Positions 44,040 through 57,755 of a stretch of DNA of 64,000 nt are shown piece after piece. Made by a program: the position numbers and the translations under genes. Source of the DNA: Eledone cirrhosa. Its lineage: Eukaryota. Location: positions 38,626,001 to 38,690,000 of the forward strand of contig OZ024748.1 of NCBI GenBank assembly GCA_964016885.1, written 5' to 3'. The notes beneath the pieces were generated by a model that had not been told where the DNA came from, did no database searches, and worked only from the letters and a program-made list of their open reading frames with translations. Position 1 is the stretch's first letter. The number at the start of each line of letters is the position of its first letter.

Positions 44040-44870
44040 TTTTTGTGGTGGTTGTGGTGGTAGTAGTGGTTGTAGTGGTTGAGGTTGTGGTTGCTATTAG
44101 TGGTGGTTGTGGATGTGGTGGTAGTGGTTATGATGTCTGTGGTTGTGATGGTTGTAGCTGTGCTGGTGGTAGTGGTTATGATGGTTGTTGTGATTTTCAT
44201 GGTTGTAGCTGTAGTGTGGGTGATAGTAGTGGTAGTTGTAGCTATGGTAGTAGTGGTAGTTGTAGCTGTGGTAGTAGTGGTAGTTGTAGCTGTGGTAGTA
44301 GTGGTAGTTGTAGCTATGGTAGTAGTGGTAGTTGTAGCTGTGGTAGTAGTGGTAGTTGTAGCTGTGGTAGTAGTTGTAGTTGTAGTTGTGGTAGTAGTGG
44401 TAGTTGTAGCTATGTTAGTAGTGGTAGTTGTAGCTGTGGTAGTAGTGGTTGTTGTAGCTGCAGTAGTAGTGGTAGTTGTAGCCATGGTAGTAGAGGTAGT
44501 TGTAGCTGTGGTAGTAGTGGTAGTTGTAGCTATGATAGTAGTGGTAGTTGTAGCTGTGGTAGTAGTGGTAGTTGTAGCTATGGTAGTAGTGGTAGTTGTA
44601 GCTGTGGTAGTAGTGATAGTTGTAGCTTGGTGGTAGTTGTAGCTGTAGTGGTGGTTAATGTGGCTGTAGTGGTAGTTGTAGCTATGGTAGTAGTGGTAGT
44701 TGTAGCTGTGGTAGTAGTGGTAGTTGTAGCTATGGTAGTAGTGGTAGTTGTAGCTGTAGTGGTGGTTAATGTGGCTGTAGTGGTAGTTGTAGCTGTAGTG
44801 GTGGTTGATGTGGCTGTAGTGTTAGTTGTAGCTGTGGTAGTAGTGGTAGTTGTGATTATATCGGTGGTTA
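44040..44870. repeat. 24-bp minisatellite (GTGGTAGTAGTGGTAGTTGTAGCT)n
   Basis: Direct reading. Confidence 0.93.
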
Positions 44871-45405
44871 TTACAGTTCTTACAGATAACAAATAAAAGA
44901 CCCTCGGCTAAATAATTTATAATTATTCTCTATGGTCACTTTGAATAGAAATATTCCATTGTAGTCTTATCAATGAGAACAGACGACAAACTATTAGTAA
45001 AGTTGTAGGAATAGAAAACATCAGAAGAGATCAATATCAGCAGACGACAATATGGTGAATAGAACTGAAGAGGTTTTACCAGACAGAAAAATCTGGATCT
45101 AAAGATATGAAATAAAAATATACTCAAAATACTGCCTGCACAGAGGATGATAAAGAGACACAGGTGGTGTGAGTATATATATATATATATATATTTCGTT
45201 TCTGAATTTGTTTAGCAAGATTCTTTATCTGAAACGTGTGTTGAAACCGATATTGTTATGCTTTGGGAGGGTCATGTTGCCAATAAGAAACACACGCACC
45301 AGTTGCTTTCATTTCAATTTATTATAAATTAAATTTATAAATTTAGGAATTTATAAATTTTCGGTTGGTTGGTTGGTTCCACAACCAGACGATTGTTCAT
45401 ATATT

Positions 45406-45448
45406 GTCAAAGTTCTTTCGTCACACATTCTGTGACCTCTTCAGTGAC
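45406..45448 (-). ncRNA. Hammerhead motif, family E (related to D), in fold-back 45195-45537
   Basis: GTCA-CTGAAGA-gGTCAC agaatgt GTGAC-GAAA-gaac-TT-TGAC. Inverted repeats at ~45250-45325 and ~45462-45537. Confidence 0.72.
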
Positions 45449-45533
45449 TGGAGATTCTTTTCTATAAATTGAAATGAAAGCAACTGGTGCGTGTGTTTCT
45501 TATTGGCAACATGACCATCCCAAAGCATAACAA

Positions 45534-45584
<51 letters not shown>

Positions 45585-45586
<2 letters not shown>

Positions 45587-46047
45587 GTTCTATTTAAATT
45601 GTTGGGATACAACAAGCAAATATTTTTATAACTGATATAAAGCACTCAACAAATTATTGAAGTAAAAATACGATATATTAACAAATGGAAACTGTATTTA
45701 TAAAACCATATTTATTTCATTATACATATTTCAAGGACACCAAGTCAAATTATGGTGCGCTTTCATCAGATAAAATATAATATAGATCAGTTTTATAAAT
45801 AAATATTGACATGCCCTTAAAGAATGCGACCATTTCTGTTGGAAGCTCCCGGAAGCTCCTGACTATCCGGGAGCTTCCAACAGAAATGGTCGCATTCTTT
45901 AAGGGTATGTGAATATTTATTTATAAAACTGATCTATATTATATTTTATCTGATGAAAGCGCACCATAATTTGACTTGGTGTCCTTGAAATATGTATAAT
46001 GAAATAAATATGCTTTTATAAATATAGTTTCCATTTGTTAATATATC

Positions 46048-46050
<3 letters not shown>
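45585..46050. mobile_element. Fold-back of family C (~185-bp arms) with two mirrored HHRs (45714-45776 minus, 45943-46005 plus)
   Basis: Centre GCTCCCGGA agctcctgacta TCCGGGAGC. HHR ATTTTAT-CTGATGA-aagcgCACCA..TGGTGtcctt-GAAA-tatgta-TA-ATGAAAT. Confidence 0.88.
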
Positions 46051-46102
<52 letters not shown>

Positions 46103-46106
<4 letters not shown>

Positions 46107-46500
46107 CAGAAGGGATATTTAATTTGTTTGTTGGTAATTCAACAAATATAAATGTTTATAACTGATTCAGAGCACTCGACAGTTTTCTGGAGTAAATATT
46201 CAATGATATTAAATAAATGGAAACTATATTTATAAAACCATATTTATTCTATTATATATATTTCAAGGGTACCAGAAACTTTGGTACGCTTTCATCAGAT
46301 AAAATACAAAGTTTTTTTTAATAAATTTTGTCATAGCCAAGGAACATACCTTATCAGTTGAATTTTCCTTGGATAGTGAATTTAAAGAACGGATTTTTCA
46401 AAATTGTTAGGATGAGTATGCAAATGAATATGTAAATGAGGTTGAGGTATATGATTGAAAAACCGTTTTTTAAATGCTATGAAAAATTTAGATAAATGTT
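46103..46500 (-). mobile_element. Family C element with HHR (46246-46305) and octamer (46418-46425)
   Basis: Stem II aagcGTACCA..TGGTACcctt. 3' end runs into (TA)n. Confidence 0.8.
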
Positions 46501-46609
46501 TATATTAGTAGGAAAGAAAGAAAGAAAAAGAAAAAGAAAAAGAAGACCACTTATATACATTAATTCGGGGGGGGGGGGATTTGAATATTTACCTATATTA
46601 TGTATATAC

Positions 46610-49600
46610 CGGTGTGGTTAAGAAAAACAGCATCGAGCTAATGAAACTGAGGAGCAGAGGACAACTAGGTTATCCACATTAGTTGCCTACAACGCAAGAC
46701 TCAATACTTCACATTCATCACATCGATACTCAGTAGAAAACCTTGCGGCCCGTATGACAAAAAAATGCACAAACCACTGCTGCTTCACGATCAAGTGAGT
46801 CTACAGAGGAACGTACTATTCGGTTAGCACTGAATGCTGCCGCGACTGCTGCCTCAAGAGCTGCGGAGACACCTGAACAGCGTGCAACTCGAAGAAAACA
46901 CAATGCTGCTGCGACTGCTGCCTCAAGAGCTGCGGAGACACCTGAACAGCGTGCAACTCGAAGAAAACACAATGCTGCTGCGACTGCTGTCTCGAGAGCT
47001 GCGGAGACACCTGAACAACGCATACGTCGCCAGGCTTCCGATTGTGCTTATCGTACTGCTGCGATAGCTTCTGAAACATTGGTTGAAAGAACTACTCGAC
47101 TACAAACGATTGCGCATCATAAAGCTGTTCTGCTTGGTGCATCCAAGCCTACGAGGAATAGATGGGTGTTTAAAGCCTTTCATTATGACCCCTCTGAAAA
47201 TTATGCTGACCACAAAGATGTTGCCATTGGTCGTATGTCCAAAATCTGTCTACACTGTAAAGCAATAACTTGGCCGAGAGAGCCTGTTGGTCTATGCTGC
47301 TCAAATGGAAAGGTTTGTCTGCCCAACAGCCCTGAAACTCCACAGCCCTTAAAGTCCCTTCTGCTTGGTGAGCATCCATATTCTCAAGATTTCATGAACC
47401 GAATACGGGCATACAATTCACCATTTCAAATGACAAGGTGTGGTCATAAGCCCATATCTTATGGAAACTTTAATCCCACTTTTACCATTCAGGGACAGAC
47501 GTACCATTTAATCGGTTCTCTTCATCATAATTTTCTTCAGATATACTTCATGGGACTAGAGAGAGAGAAAATTGCACGTAGGGCTGCTGTTGCTCCAGGC
47601 ACATACACGGCTGTTCTTGGACCTCTTCAGGAAATGCTTCATGAGCACAACCGGTATATCAACCAATTTAAAACGGCTATTTAACGACGCCGGGCAGACA
47701 ATGGCAACTTTAAGGTTGTTATTAGAAGTGACAGGACTCCTGTTGGGGAACATCACCGCTGTTACAACCGACCCGAAACAGAGGAGGTTGCTGTTTTGCT
47801 TTGCAATCCCAATGTAACTCTTTCCAAAAGAGATATCACCCTAGAGTGGCAGATCTCCCGTGTTAAGAGGATCAATGAATTAAATCCAGCCTATGACGGC
47901 CTTCAATACCCCTTACTCTTTCCCTGTGGAGAGGATGGATACAGTCCTGATATCCCTACCATTGTACCTACAACACACCAAACAGCACAGCCTCCAAAAA
48001 TGGTTTCCCAGATGAACTTCTACAGTTACAGATTGATGGTTAGAACGAACAACTTCAACAGTCTTCGCAGAGCAGGGGCTCTTCTGAATCAGTATTGTGT
48101 GGATATGTATGCTAAAGTAGGATTTACGCCCCTTTCAGTCATGAGTACCTATACTTTTTATTAAAATCTATGCATAACCATCCTATTCCTTACTCTCACA
48201 GATTGACTCAGAACGACTTCTTTGGATTTGCCATAATCAAAAGCAGCTCCATGCAGATGAATATGCCAAGGTTCGAGACGAGGTTAATATCAATGCCATT
48301 GTAGTTGCTTCTGAGGTTGGTATTCGAATCATCCTGCCATCGTCCTATACAGGCGGCCCGAGGTATATGCATGAAAAGATGCAGGACGCTCTCACATACG
48401 TTCGTCTTTACAACCGCCCTGACCTTTTCATAACGTTCACATGACACACCCAAATGGTAGGACATCCAAATGAGCCTACCTCCAGGCCAACGACCAGCAG
48501 ATCGCCATGACATCACTGCTCGCGTTTTTCATGTTAAAGTTCGTAAAATGATTGATTTGTTTAAATTTTGTGAAATTTTCGGGCCGATCAAATGTTTTAT
48601 GTATACAGTTGAATGGCAAAAATGTGGTCTACCTCACGCCCACATCATACTCTGGCTACAAAGCAAACTTCGACCGTCTGACGTGGACACAGTCATAAGT
48701 GCAGAATTTTCAAATCCCAATGAAGACACCCAGTTGTACGAAATCATTCGAAAAAATATGGTTCATGGGCCATGTCGGCACTTTAATTCTACGTCTTCAT
48801 GCATGGCAAACGGAAAATGCACTAATAAATATCCACGAAAGCTTTTGTCTGAGACAATCACAGGTAACGACGGTTACCCAATATATCGCAGAAGAGCTCC
48901 TGGACATGGCGGTTCCACAGCAACAATCAAACATGGATCTAACCGAGAATTTACAATTGACAATCAATGGGTTGTTCCACATAACAAGATGCTATGCAAG
49001 ACATTTAATGCGCATATTAACGTTGAATATTGTAACTCAGTTAAATCTATACGTTACGTTTGCAAATACGTCAATAAGGGATTCGATAGAGCCGTCTTTC
49101 AAGTGGCACAAACAGGAACAGCAGCTGCACCAACAGATGAGGTAGAACTCTTTCAAATAGGGCGTTATATCTCAACTAATGAGGCAGTTTGGAGAACGTT
49201 TGATTTCCCTATACACGAGCGATTCCCCCCTGTTCAACATCTCAGTGTTCCCTTAGAGGACAAGCAGAGAGTTTACTTCACTGAAGAAAACTTACGTCAA
49301 CAGGTTCTTGCCCCACGTAGGACAACTTTAACTGCATTTTTCGAACTCTGTACGGTTGACTCCTACGCAAAAACTCTTCTGTATGTTGATGTTCCTCATT
49401 ATTATTCTTGGAACCACTCAACTTGCTTATGGCAAAGAAGAAAACAGGGCCGACATATCGAATCAGATCCTGCCATTTTTGAAAGTGACACAATAGGACG
49501 CGTCTATACTGTTCATCCTTCGAATGCTTCCATCTTCGACTGCTGCTTCACGTTGTACGTGGAGCAACATCCTTTGCAGCCCTTTGCACAGTGAACGGTC

Positions 49601-50907
49601 AATTATGCAAGACATTCAAGGACGCATGCTTTAAACGGGGGCTTATCGATACGGACAACCATTATGAGAGTACACTTGAGGAAGCGTCTCTCCGTCGATC
49701 TCCATCAAAGCTTCGGCATCTATTCGCCATTATGCTGGTTTTCTGCAACTTTGTTAACTCGCCTTTGTTGTGGAATATATGGCTTCAAACCCATCAAGCT
49801 ACTGAAAATTCCACCACTGCTTTTACCCCCTCTATGTATAACGCTGGTCTAATTACCTTGGAGGACTTAGTTGTGGCAATTGGAGGCCAACGTTTGGAGG
49901 CATACTGCCTCCCTTCTCCGGATAGAAACCAAGAGCAAACTTGTAATCGACTCTTCCTTAGAGAAACCAGCTACGACAAAACCAAGCTTCGACAATACGT
50001 AGCTTTCAACGAGCCTCTCCTTAATCCAGATCAAGAATCTGCATACAAATCCGTTCTAAACAAGGTATACAGCAATACTGGCGGGATTATCTTCATAGAT
50101 GCACCTGGAGGGACCGGTAAAACATTTCTGCTTAATCTTATTGTTGCTAAGGTAAGGCAGAATGACGACAATGCACATGCTGTTGCCTCTTCCGGTATAG
50201 CTGCGACTCTTTCAGAAGGTGGCCGCACAGCACACTCGACCTTCAAGCTGCCGCTGAATGTCGTCCATCAAGAGAATCCCATCTGCAATATCTCACATAG
50301 TTCTGACGAAGCTGCTCTGTTGAAAAGCTGTAAACTAATTGTGTAGGATGAGGCAACCTTGTCCCCTAAAGGCCAATCTCTTAAAGTTGTTGGTCTGGTT
50401 CTTCGAACCCATTGCATTTCACATGGTCAGTTTTACGTTGGCTGTTCTCGAGTTGGTAATCCTGACAACCTATTTATTTATGCTCCTGATGGGAAAACCA
50501 AAAATGTTGTGTATAAATCTGCTCTTCAATAATCCAAAAGACAATGAGTGCTCCCACCCAACATCCATCTCTTTTTATAACGATTTGCTCATCCATCAGT
50601 TCCCCCCTGTTATATATATATATGTATTGTTATTCCAACCTTTGCACATAATAGTGTCTATTATTCACTTCACTTCTCTATTTCATGATACGCTTTTACT
50701 GTTGTCAACAAAATTTATACCTAGACTGGATTTCTGTTGTTACATGGGATAACGGATGACACCGAGCTCACATATTAATTATTTCGCTGGAATAGTGCCT
50801 AAGGTTTTCATGTTTACACAAAGTATGTATTCAAATTTACTTTGTTTAGTTTAATGAGCTACATCGAAAGTTACTTGAACCATCCAAAGGACGGGTAGTT
50901 TAGCTAG
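46610..50907 (+). mobile_element. Helitron, Rep/Hel pseudogene with an internally deleted helicase
   Basis: PDLFITFT, VEWQKCGLPHAH, YVCKYVNKG, DAPGGTGKTF, GGRTAHSTFKLP, HGQFYVGCSRVG. 3' end ACGGGTAGTTTAG-CTAG|T. 5' end not resolved. Confidence 0.92.
48117..48201 (+). other. 85-bp GT-AG intron in Helitron Rep
   Basis: GCTAAA|GTAGGA...CTCACAG|ATTGAC. Removal restores DMYAK-IDSERL in frame. Confidence 0.8.
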
Positions 50908-50940
50908 TATATATATATATATAGGTGTGTGTATATATAG

Positions 50941-51012
<72 letters not shown>

Positions 51013-51049
51013 GTGTATATATATATATGATATATATATGATATATATG

Positions 51050-51093
<44 letters not shown>

Positions 51094-51180
51094 ATATATA
51101 TATATATAAGCATATATATCATATATATATATATATATATATAAGCATATATATCATATATATATATATATATCACACCC

Positions 51181-51212
<32 letters not shown>

Positions 51213-51294
51213 CTATATATATAATGTAATTCCTGACGTCTCAGTCCCCACCCCTATATATATAAGCATATCTATCATACATATATATATATAT

Positions 51295-51477
51295 AGGAAC
51301 AAGTATGACCCCGACGGCAGAGCTCAAGCCGTTTCGACGGCTATTTCTGGACGTCGAAACGGCTTGAGCTCTGCCGTCGGGGTCATACTTGTTCCTATTA
51401 CCCACTCTACTACCCTAAGTATTGAGTACTTTGGTGCGTTATGGTCCATCTGGTTCCTTACCACAATTCCTACGTTA
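51295..51477 (+). mobile_element. Half-hammerhead element, family K, with hairpin
   Basis: Centre TTCTGGAC|GTCGAAAC. Confidence 0.85.
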
Positions 51478-51502
51478 TATATATATATATAATATATATA
51501 TA

Positions 51503-51928
51503 TAAACGGAAAAAATGAAACAAAATTTCATTTCCCACTCTTAGTACGGCTGTTACTTAAATATAAGTATGTACACGTACATACACATATGTATACAGAC
51601 GTACAGTAGTATGTATATATATATACATACATGCACACATATATATATATGTACGTATGGATTCACCGAACATTTATTATAATGCTCGGTGTGTTTGTAA
51701 ACAAACATCCCGTATTAAGCCGTAGTGTCCAGCAACCATCGTTGCTCGTTTGTTCAACACTGACAAAGGAACGCTGTACTAGTTTCAAGCTTATTAGCTA
51801 TCGTCAGCAACGTATACCTTCCTGCCAGATTGTTGAACGTATATACTTACCTTATGCATATTAACGGCTGAGTAGCCCAATTTGCATATCGAGTGGGTTA
51901 ATCGGCCGAGGCGTCAGGAATTACATTT
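51503..51928 (-). mobile_element. Retrozyme-like family B monomer with HHR at 51771-51813
   Basis: ACGTTG-CTGACGA-tagctaataagctt-GAAA-CTAG-TA-CAGCGT. Confidence 0.82.
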
Positions 51929-52197
51929 ACTTACATATACATAGTAGACATTATATAAAACTATATATATCAGTCATTCTTATCTCTCCCTTCCTTATAT
52001 ATGCATATATACATTGATAAATATAAAATTGGTCGTTTTGGAAGCTTCAGCAATGCAGATGGGTAAATCTACAGGTAACAGAATCGGGTGGTGAAGAGAG
52101 AGATGTAAGAGGAAATGTAGAATGAGACATATAGTGGGTAGAGGAACGTAGGAAAGAGTGTAAAAATAAATATATATATACATATGAACTATAGTAC

Positions 52198-52235
52198 CAC
52201 TGATGATGTTGCAGATGTGCAACGAAAGAATTTTG
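52198..52235 (+). ncRNA. Hammerhead motif, family D (element extends to ~52437, then (TA)n)
   Basis: CA-CTGATGA-tGTTGCA gatg TGCAAC-GAAA-gaat-TT-TG. Perfect 6-bp stem II, short stem I. Confidence 0.65.
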
Positions 52236-52430
52236 TTAGACTATATATATGTTTATATCTATATTATATCTGTATTTTTGACCGTTGGTCAGTCAATAGT
52301 AAACATTCAGGACCAAATGAATTAACTGTGGAGATATAAAAGATACAGAAGCGAAAACCAACCAACAGTGAGTGTGTTCTGTTATTATTTCTGGCAATAT
52401 TATTACCACAATATGACCCTCCCCAAGTAT

Positions 52431-52521
<91 letters not shown>

Positions 52522-52862
52522 GTGCATGCATGTATTTATATTATATACACAAAAGCAGTGAAAATGCAGTTCAATAGTCCGGCAATCCGAAGACTTGTTA
52601 ATCTGTGGTAATTCGTGGACGAAGGGTTTTCCAACAACCCGGGTAATTACCCAGGTACGTATGTCAGGTGGGCAGTGTAAACATGGGGGAAGTAGTTGAA
52701 GAATTAACAATATAAATACAGGAATGCAAAACCTCAGATTCTTATTAGCAACACACCCTCCTTAGTGTGGTCCTAATAAGTCTGTGTGTCTTTATATCCC
52801 GTGTTTGTATTGTCAGTCTTTGAATAGATAGATAGATAGCTAAGTAGGTAGTTAGATAGGTA

Positions 52863-52923
<61 letters not shown>

Positions 52924-53084
52924 TAACAATAACAAGATACGGCATCCACTTCAACACTTTCGATATTTCTAGAACGCTGTCACGTGGCAAAAATGTTTAG
53001 CGATTTATTTATGGGCAAAAGACAATTATTTTATATAATTTACTTAATTATAGAAATTTGTATAAAACTGCCCCCTTATCGTCT

Positions 53085-53240
53085 ACAACCCCTAAGGCCT
53101 ACGTCACCTCCCTAAAGTCTACATCACTTCCCTAATATCTACACCACCCTAAGATCTGTGCTACCCTAAGGTCTACGCCACCCTAAGATCTGTGCCACCC
53201 TAAGGTCTACGCTACCCTAAGGTCTACACCACCTTAAGTA
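53085..53240. repeat. ~18-bp degenerate minisatellite (CCCTAAGGTCTACGCCAC-like)
   Basis: About 8 copies. Confidence 0.8.
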
Positions 53241-53804
53241 GCTACCTAGTTGGTCTAATGTTTAGCGCCTGCCCTATCTCTAAACATTACAGCACTTCTC
53301 TTTGGAATACCGATGGTAAAGATACCACATTATTACGACATATACCATTATTGTGACATACATGGAAGATTCTTGAAAATCTTGTTCTGAACTTTATCAT
53401 TGAAAGGAGCAACTGTAAGAGATGGTAAAGATACCACATTATTACGACATATAGAATCTTCATGTTGTTCTGAAGTTTGTCGTATAAGGTATGGGGTCTA
53501 CTGCCATATCCCAACACTCCATTCTTAAACTCGACAATATCAAAAATATTATATATTAAGTTTGGCATTTAAAAGCTCACAATGTTGCTACACCCTCGCA
53601 AAAATATCTGCTACAAAGTTTGACTAAAGATTTCTCCCCTGGGACATTTAAAAGTTATAAAAATGTATTTCTCTATATCTCCTGGGGTCATCTATTTGCA
53701 AAAGGTCACAGCCAAAGCTTAAAAACCGCCTGAAATTCGTTGATACTCCAGCATGAAATGCTACGGAGGATAATATATACAAGAATAAATATAAAGAAGT
53801 CGAT

Positions 53805-53968
<164 letters not shown>

Positions 53969-53995
53969 ATAATAATACTTTAATCTGTTATTTTA

Positions 53996-54033
<38 letters not shown>

Positions 54034-54667
54034 TATAGTTTAACATTAGCACGTATATATTACGTCATTAAATGGTTAATAATTCAGCAAGGACAGCTGG
54101 GCTTTCACAGATACAAATCTACCTGCAAATGGAAGCATAAACAAATATATATATACAGGATATTGTTAAATGTTCGGCATATCACTTCATTAATTTAGCA
54201 CCTGTAATTAGTTGTGCACTAAATTGCCTTAGAGAAGTATTAAGAAAGAAACCGCAGCACCTGGTGTTCTCTGAGAAATATTTAAGGAGAAGTGTAGAAA
54301 CTATACAATATATACCTCCTTCCTAAATGTTCAGCCCAGCTTTTATAGATTCACCGTCAGAATTTCAACAAAACAACTGCTGTTTCTTGATCGCTGTGAT
54401 AGTCGGTGACTGATATTTCATTTTAAACAATTGCATTATGTTTGTCTAAAGTCTGTTATAAGCCAGAAGGTGTCTTAGGCCAGTGCTTATCCCAGTTTCA
54501 TGACGTGAAATGACTGAGAGTACAAGGCATCCCCCTGGACAAGACGCCAGTCCATCGCAGGGTTAAACCCCCAGCTGTTGCAATAACAAGAAGAAGAAGA
54601 TTATGTTAGAGTCAATGCAGTCATGAAGAAACACACGCAAAATTATACTCAGTTTTACGTTTTGTAA

Positions 54668-55130
54668 TAAATGTTTCTACTTTAGGCACAAGGCCAGCAC
54701 AAACCCAGTACATTACTGGTACTTTATTTTATCGACCCCGTAAGGATGAAAGGCAAAGTCAACCTCGGCGGGATTTGAACTCAGATCATAAAGGGACGTA
54801 ACTCTATGCTCCAAAGCATGGTGTCCGACTCTCTACCGATACTGCCAACCTGTAACAATGGTTTCTGATTTAAGCAGAAGACCAACAGTTTTGGCGGGAA
54901 GGGTATATCGATTAAATCGACCCCAGACGATAAAATAAATTGCTGCTTTATTTTATCGACCCCGTAAGGATGAGTGGCAAGGCAAACCTCGGCGGGATTT
55001 GAACTCAGACCGTAAAGGGCCGTAACTCTATGCCGCGAAGCATGGTGTCCGACGCTCTACCAATTACTGCCAATCCACCGCCCTTACAAAATAATAACAA
55101 TTGTTTCTACTTTTGGCATAAGGCCAGAAA
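54668..55130 (-). mobile_element. Two tandem tRNA-SINEs plus a tail fragment
   Basis: Copies at ~54668-54850 and ~54855-55082. Confidence 0.85.
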
Positions 55131-55203
55131 TAACTATTATTATTTCTTTATTCACCACAAGGTTTAACATTAAGAAAACATTAGGACGGCACAGGACGAA
55201 AAA

Positions 55204-55258
<55 letters not shown>

Positions 55259-55500
55259 CGCGCGTGTGCGCGCGTGTGCGTGTTTGTGTGTGTGTGTGTG
55301 TGTGCGTGTGTGTGTGCGTGTGTGTGGGTGGGTGTGTGCGTGTGGGTGGGTGTGTGCGTGCGTGTGTGTGTGTGCGTGCGTGTGTGTGTGTGTGCGTGTG
55401 GGTGTGTGTGGGTGTGTGTGTGTGTGTGTGTGTGCCTGTGTGTGCGTGTGTGTGCGTGTGCGTATGTGTGCGTGTGTGTGTGTGCGTGTGTGTGTGTGTG

Positions 55501-55554
<54 letters not shown>

Positions 55555-55671
55555 GACTGAGCATATAAAAATATGCACATTACTGCTGTTGTGTGCATGC
55601 TGTTTGATTACTCTATACATACATACATACATATATATATATATACATACATACATACATACATACATACA

Positions 55672-55705
<34 letters not shown>

Positions 55706-55884
55706 CATACATACATATATATATACATACATACATATATACATACATACATACATACATATATATATATACAGGCACACACATTCATACACAAACACCT
55801 GCTGGAATACTTTGCTGAAAACAACAGACAATGTGTTTATTTAAGAAGTCTTAATTGACTGTCAATGCAGCTAGTGTAAGGTGG

Positions 55885-56375
55885 GTGTCTGGTGTGGTGT
55901 GGTGTGGTGTGGTGGTGTGGTGTGGTGTTGTGGTGTTGTGGTGTGGTGGTGTCGTGTGGTGTGGTGTGGTGTGGTGTGGTGTGGTGTGGTGGTGTGGTGG
56001 TGTGGTGTGGTGTGGTGTGGTGTGGTGTGGTGTGGTGGTGTGGTGGTGTGGTGTGGTGTGGTGGTGTGGTGGTGTGGTGTGGTGTGGTGTGGTGTGGTGT
56101 GGTGTGGTGTGGTGGTGTGGTGGTGTGGTGTGGTGGTGTGGTGTGGTGGTGTGGTGGTGTGGTGTGGTGTTGTGTGGTGTGGTGTAGTGTTGTGTGGTGT
56201 GGTGTGGTGTGGTGTGGTGGTGTGGTGTTGTGTGGTGGTGTGGTGTAGTGTTGTGTGGTGGTGGTGTGGTGGTGTGGTGTGGTGTGGTGTGGTGGTATGG
56301 TGTGGTGTGGTGGTGTGGTGTTGTGTGGTGTGGTGTGGTGTGGTGGTATGGTGCGGTGTGGTGTGGTGGCGTGTG
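55885..56375. repeat. (GTGTG/TGG)n compound repeat
   Basis: Direct reading. Confidence 0.95.
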
Positions 56376-56935
56376 TGGGGTGCGTACGTAAAGTGGGTTG
56401 TGGTGATGGAAAGATTGTCATCTATATCACTATCATCATCATCATCATCACCACCCCACCACTACCAACACCACAACCACGTTTCTTTATATGTATGTGT
56501 ATATATTCATTATATGTATTTATGTATATATGTATGTACATGTGTAGTTTTGTATTATATAGTTATATGTCTGAATGTCTGAATTTATGTACATTTATAT
56601 ATTATATATATATATAAAAATGTATGTATATATATATATATATATATACATATATACACTGTCTGTAAGTGTGTGTAGATATGTGTGTACATGTATACGA
56701 ATATATTTGTGCCAGTATGTGTGTGTATTTGTGTATTTGTGTAAGTGAGTGAATGTATCTGTGTGTGTGTGATTTTCTGAATGCGAAACATTCTCGTTCA
56801 TTTTAAAACCATTTTCGTTTTAAAAACGAATTTTTCGCTATTGTTAAAATCCACCCCGGGTGGCCAACCCTCTGCTTCCATTGCTGTGTTTCTTTCATCT
56901 CTCCCGTCTACTACTACTACTACTACTACTACTAC

Positions 56936-57009
<74 letters not shown>

Positions 57010-57267
57010 CCACCACGGTGTCTGCTTCATATCCTTTCCAACGACACATCCTCATACTCGTGTTTCTTCAAACTATTTACACTTTCACACATAAATAAAG
57101 AAAATATATTTGTTCATTAATAGATATTACAAAACTAGGATTTAGTTGAAGAACAGAATCGGTGGAGAGCCCGGATCCCTGTCTGTGTGTCCTGGATGCA
57201 AGAATGGCTAAGTTAAAGAGTTTGCTTCAGATTCTTGAGTTCCTGGTGTCAACTCTATTGTGTAATA

Positions 57268-57461
57268 CGAGGGTCGACTGAAAAGTTCACAGGTTGACTA
57301 TGAAGGAGTGATGCTAGAGCTGTGAAATCTTGCATGTATTAATTTCAACTCTTCTTAATAACTGCATTGTTTCTTTCCAGGGACTATGCTGAAAAATAAA
57401 CCTCATTTGGTCATTCCATGAGAGTATCTTGATCAGCCTTTCAATTTTTCAAGCAACCCTC

Positions 57462-57462
<1 letters not shown>
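57268..57462. mobile_element. Mariner-type MITE
   Basis: TA|CGAGGGTCGACTGAAAAG ... TTTTTCAAGCAACCCTCG|TA, imperfect TIRs with a TA TSD. Confidence 0.8.
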
Positions 57463-57497
<35 letters not shown>

Positions 57498-57712
57498 GTT
57501 AAAAGTGTACATCTACATATGTATACTGAAATACTAGTATGCATATAAATACACACATGTATACATATGTACATGTACTGAGTTTTTCACTGGACACTTT
57601 ACTGTGAGTGTCCAGCTAGTCTGTATGTAACCAAACAGACAAACCGGGTTTTAGAGTCATACAGGTTTTCAAGGAAACACATTTCCTCTATTCTCCAGAG
57701 AGCCAGACAGGA

Positions 57713-57755
57713 ATATTGGACTAGTTTCGATGTTATTACATCTCATCAGCAATAT
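57713..57755 (-). ncRNA. Minimal type I hammerhead ribozyme, family A
   Basis: ATATTG-CTGATGA-GATGT aata ACATC-GAAA-CTAG-TC^-CAATAT. All core nucleotides and both stems are perfect. Confidence 0.93.

Noticed and set aside
43994-44896. Cys/Gly/Ser-rich 300-aa ORF resembling metallothionein or keratin-associated protein
   Set aside because: Translation of a 24-bp minisatellite that shifts into poly-Val.
52540-52665. Possible exon ending CAG|GTACGT
   Set aside because: No recognisable peptide or clear acceptor.
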